From positions 1 through 62,419 of the forward strand of contig JALSIC010000056.1 of assembly GCA_026981935.1 (NCBI GenBank): 62,419 nucleotides of DNA, given 5' to 3'. Below are positions 59,403 through 62,419 of the stretch, piece after piece. The notes under the pieces are model-generated. The model did not search any database. It saw only the letters and a program-made list of their open reading frames with translations, and had not been told where the DNA came from. Each line of letters starts with the position of its first letter. Positions within the stretch are counted from its first letter, which is position 1. A program made the position numbers and the translations under genes. The DNA is from Gammaproteobacteria bacterium. Its GTDB lineage: Bacteria; Pseudomonadota; Gammaproteobacteria; SZUA-140.

Positions 59403-59548
59403 AGTTTCCTTTCCATCAGCGAGTGCCCGGCTGGGACCAACCCACCCTCATCAATCCCATATATCGGAATCCTGAAGGGATTTATGAATTTTTTCTCATT
59501 TTTTGTGGACTTGGCCCGGTTTTTCCCTGTCGTGGCCTGTTTTTACTA

Positions 59549-59881
59549 TTAGGATATCGACTCCCGCCCGGCAAAGATTAGCGGGGGAATGCGGCGGGGT
59601 TGCAGGATGGACACCCGTTTGTCCCGGCTGCTCGCCCCCGAGAGCAGGGTGACGGCCCGGCGGCTCACGCCGAATTCGCGGGCGAGGTAACGCAGGAGAT
59701 GGGCATTGGCCTTGCCGTCCACGGGTGGGGCGGTGATCCGGATACAAAGGCGGCCCTGCCGGATGGCGGTGATCTCGTCACGGCTGGCGCGGGGTTGCAG
59801 GCGGATGCGCAGCACGAGCACGTCGCCCTGCCATTCACAGGGTGAGATGTCCTCTGGGATGTTCTCTGGGCCGTCAGGCAT
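59549..59881 (-). CDS. DUF167/YggU family protein
   Basis: LQPRASRDEI, ITAPPVDGKANAHL, SGASSRDK. Confidence 0.9.
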   Translation of the reverse strand: MPDGPENIPEDISPCEWQGDVLVLRIRLQPRASRDEITAIRQGRLCIRITAPPVDGKANAHLLRYLAREFGVSRRAVTLLSGASSRDKRVSILQPRRIPPLIFAGRESIS

Positions 59882-62240
59882 GCCGCCGCCGGACAAGCCA
59901 CGGCACCAGCAACATCAACAGCGCCGGGCCGGCCGCGCCCAGGCTGCTGCCGGTGTTCTCCCTGTCAGGATTCTCCAGGACCACCCGGGCTTCCACCACG
60001 GTGCTGGCGGCGGAGGCGCTGTTGTTGGCGTTGTTGATGTCGCTGGTGCTGCTGATGCGGGTGGTGCTGGTGAGGGTGCCGGTGAGCGCCGGAACCACCT
60101 TGGCGATCACGGAGACACTGTCCGCGCCGGGGTCGATGGCACCCAGGTCGCAGTTTACGGCGTTGGCGGCCAGGGTGCAGCTTCCCTGGGAGGGTGAGGC
60201 GGAGTCGAAGCTGACGCCGCTGGGAAGAAAATATTCCCAGGTGACATTGGCGGCGTACAGACCGCTCGTGTTGGAGATCTGGCTGGCAACGCTCAGGACC
60301 GTGTTTTCAGTGACGGGCTCGGGGGTGGCCGCGACACGGATGGCGAGGTCTGGACGGCCGCTGGCCAGTATGGCGCCGCCGTCACCGACGGCCACGAACT
60401 GGCTGCCGTTCCAGGCGGCGGCATTGAGCCGGAGATCGGCCACCTGGGGGTTGGGCAGCCACCTGGCGCCGCCCAGGCTGGACAGTATGAGTCCGCCGTC
60501 GCCCACGGCCAGGAACTGGATTCCGTTCCAGGCCACGTCGCGCAGGGGGGTGTTGGTGCCGGCTGCGACGGGACTCCAGTTCACCGCATCGGTACTGGAA
60601 AGCATCGTGCCGCCATCGCCCACGGCCAGGAGCCGGCTGCCTCCCTGGATCACGCCGTCGAGGCGCCGGGGGGTACCGGCATTGCGGGCGGTCCAGGTCA
60701 CACCGTCGGGGCTGGTGAGCACCGTACCGCCCTCCCCCACGGCCACGAACAGCATGGCGCCGTTGTCCCAGGTCACGTCGTGGAGGGCGCTGGTGGTGCC
60801 GCTGGACTGGAGGGTCCAGGCCATGCCGTCGGGGCTGGTGATCACCGTGCCGCTGTCACCCACGGCGACGAAACGGCTGCTGGCCCGGGTAATGGCGCGC
60901 AGGGTCTGGGTGGTCGGCGAGGCGCCACTTTGGTCGGTCCAGGTCACACCGTCGGGGCTGGTGAGCACCGTCCCGCCATCGCCTACCGCCACGAAGGCGG
61001 CATTCCCGTAGGCGACGCCATGGAGTGTCGCTGTCGTGGCGCCGCTGCGGTCTGTCCAGCGCAAGCCGTCGGGGCTGGTAAGGACCCGACCGTTTTCGCC
61101 CACCGCGGCGAACTGGCTGCCGCTCCACACCAGGTCCTTGAGCGCCGCGCCTGCCGTGAGATCGCCACTGGCGGTCGTCCAGTTGGCGCCGTCGGGGCTG
61201 GTGAGCAGTATTTCCTTGCCCGCTGCCACCAGCCGGGCATTGACGTCGTCCCAGGCCACACCCTGGAGCTGTTTGTCGGTGCCGGAGAGCTGGCTTGTCC
61301 ACGTGCTGCCGTCAGGGCTGGTGAAAAGGGCGCCGCTGGTGCCCACGGCGACGAACTGGCTGCCGTCCCAGGTGACGTCGTACAGGGTCTGGGGGGTGAT
61401 GGCGTCCTGCTTGGTCCAGCCGAAGCCGTCGGAGCTGGTGAGCACCATGCCACCGCTGCCCACCACCACATACCGGCTGCCGTTCCAGGCCAGGCCGCGC
61501 AAGATGAGGCTGATCTCCAGGTTGCGGATGCCCCAGTCGATGCCGTCGGGGCTGGTGAGGATATGACCGGAGCTGCCCACAGCGATGAAGTGGCCGAGAT
61601 CGTTGTTCCAGAAGATCTTTTGCAGGGAGGCGCCCACGCCGGAATCCTGGACGGTCCAGGTACTGCCGTCGGCGCTGGTGATAAGCCTGCCGTTGGCGCC
61701 TCCCGCGACGTAGAGGCCCAGGGTGGGACTCCAGGCGACGTCGAACAGGGCGGTGGTGAGACCGGTGGCGTGAAAGGACCAGCTCACGCCATCGGTGCTC
61801 GAGGCCAGGAGGCCGCTGGCGCCCACCACCACATAGCGCGAGCCGGTCCACAGGATGCTGTAGAGCTGGTGGATCACATTGAGGCTGCCCGCCGTCCAGT
61901 TGCTGCCATCGGTGCTGGTGGCGATGACCCCGCTTGCGCCTGGAGCGAGAAAGCGGCTGCCGTCCCAGATGACATCCTTGAAATCGCTGTAGGCGGGCAG
62001 GGGATTGATGATGCTCCACTTGGTGTTGGCTGCCTGGGCCGGTACAGCGGCGAGGAGCAGCAGGACGAGCACGAATGCGAAACAGCCCGGAGAAAACGGG
62101 CGCAGGCGGGTCCACCCCAACGTGAAGGGGATTTGAGGCCCGGGAGCCGTTCCTGCCGGAGAATGCGGGTGCAGCGCCGCCGTCTCCGGCGCGAAAGGGT
62201 AACCCACCGTCGTTCCGCTTGTGCTGCGAGGATGGATCAC
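59874..62240 (-). CDS. Secreted multi-bladed beta-propeller (BNR/Asp-box repeats) + DUF11 domain + GlyGly-CTERM-like anchor; true start probably downstream of 62240
   Basis: Over a dozen FVAVG..G.ILTSPDGxxW repeats, PDLAI...NNSAS DUF11-like domain, C-terminus GSSLGAAGPALLMLLVPWLVRRRHA. Confidence 0.85.
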   Translation of the reverse strand: MIHPRSTSGTTVGYPFAPETAALHPHSPAGTAPGPQIPFTLGWTRLRPFSPGCFAFVLVLLLLAAVPAQAANTKWSIINPLPAYSDFKDVIWDGSRFLAPGASGVIATSTDGSNWTAGSLNVIHQLYSILWTGSRYVVVGASGLLASSTDGVSWSFHATGLTTALFDVAWSPTLGLYVAGGANGRLITSADGSTWTVQDSGVGASLQKIFWNNDLGHFIAVGSSGHILTSPDGIDWGIRNLEISLILRGLAWNGSRYVVVGSGGMVLTSSDGFGWTKQDAITPQTLYDVTWDGSQFVAVGTSGALFTSPDGSTWTSQLSGTDKQLQGVAWDDVNARLVAAGKEILLTSPDGANWTTASGDLTAGAALKDLVWSGSQFAAVGENGRVLTSPDGLRWTDRSGATTATLHGVAYGNAAFVAVGDGGTVLTSPDGVTWTDQSGASPTTQTLRAITRASSRFVAVGDSGTVITSPDGMAWTLQSSGTTSALHDVTWDNGAMLFVAVGEGGTVLTSPDGVTWTARNAGTPRRLDGVIQGGSRLLAVGDGGTMLSSTDAVNWSPVAAGTNTPLRDVAWNGIQFLAVGDGGLILSSLGGARWLPNPQVADLRLNAAAWNGSQFVAVGDGGAILASGRPDLAIRVAATPEPVTENTVLSVASQISNTSGLYAANVTWEYFLPSGVSFDSASPSQGSCTLAANAVNCDLGAIDPGADSVSVIAKVVPALTGTLTSTTRISSTSDINNANNSASAASTVVEARVVLENPDRENTGSSLGAAGPALLMLLVPWLVRRRHA

Positions 62241-62296
62241 GGCTTTCTCCCATAGAGAGGAAGGGTATGTGGGTCAGCGAAGGCCACAACCCATTA

Positions 62297-62419
62297 TTAA
62301 CCCGGCAACAATATATGTCATGTTCAGCCGCCGCGTGCGGACACGCAGCAAGGCGGCGGAGCGCCGCTGTAGTCATTCTACAGCAAGCTTCGCCAACACC
62401 GTCTGCGTGCGCGCACGCG
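62297..62419. mobile_element. MITE family B, copy 2 (runs off the window end)
   Basis: TA + TTAACCCGGCAACAATATAT..., near-identical to the first 123 bp of the 13156 copy. Confidence 0.88.

Overview
High-GC gammaproteobacterial chromosome segment, probably from a chemolithotroph (inference). 1-1.8 kb: 5'-truncated group IIC intron whose RT gene is frameshifted by a 5-bp duplication. 2-34 kb: conserved housekeeping backbone (serB, hemW, rdgB, rph, yicC, gmk, rpoZ, spoT, ridA-family, recG, ubiC, ubiA, yrbG, kdsD, kdsC, lptA, lptB, rpoN, hpf, ptsN, hprK, rapZ, PTS EIIA/HPr/EI, mgtE, hydantoinase A, mutM); lptC is missing from its usual slot. Two families of TA-flanked MITEs interrupt it; their TIRs differ but they share one ~53-nt structured module. 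About 36-57 kb is a visibly more AT-rich respiratory cassette built around an atypical C-family (cbb3-like) haem-copper oxidase. It contains ccoN and an enlarged ccoO, a haem-less CcoP-N-like protein, a CcoS-like protein, one dihaem and two monohaem c cytochromes, and two stand-alone 4-helix HCO-like HxH proteins. It also has a CxxC lipoprotein, a non-catalytic FGE-like protein, an MFS/spermidine-synthase fusion, a MotA/ExbB-like channel paired with a MotB-like Asp helix fused to a vWA domain, and five unannotated 25-49 aa single-TM microproteins. The window ends with a dynamin-like GTPase, a DUF167 gene and a GlyGly-CTERM-type beta-propeller. No rRNA, tRNA or CRISPR was seen. All family assignments come from motif recognition by eye, not from database searches.
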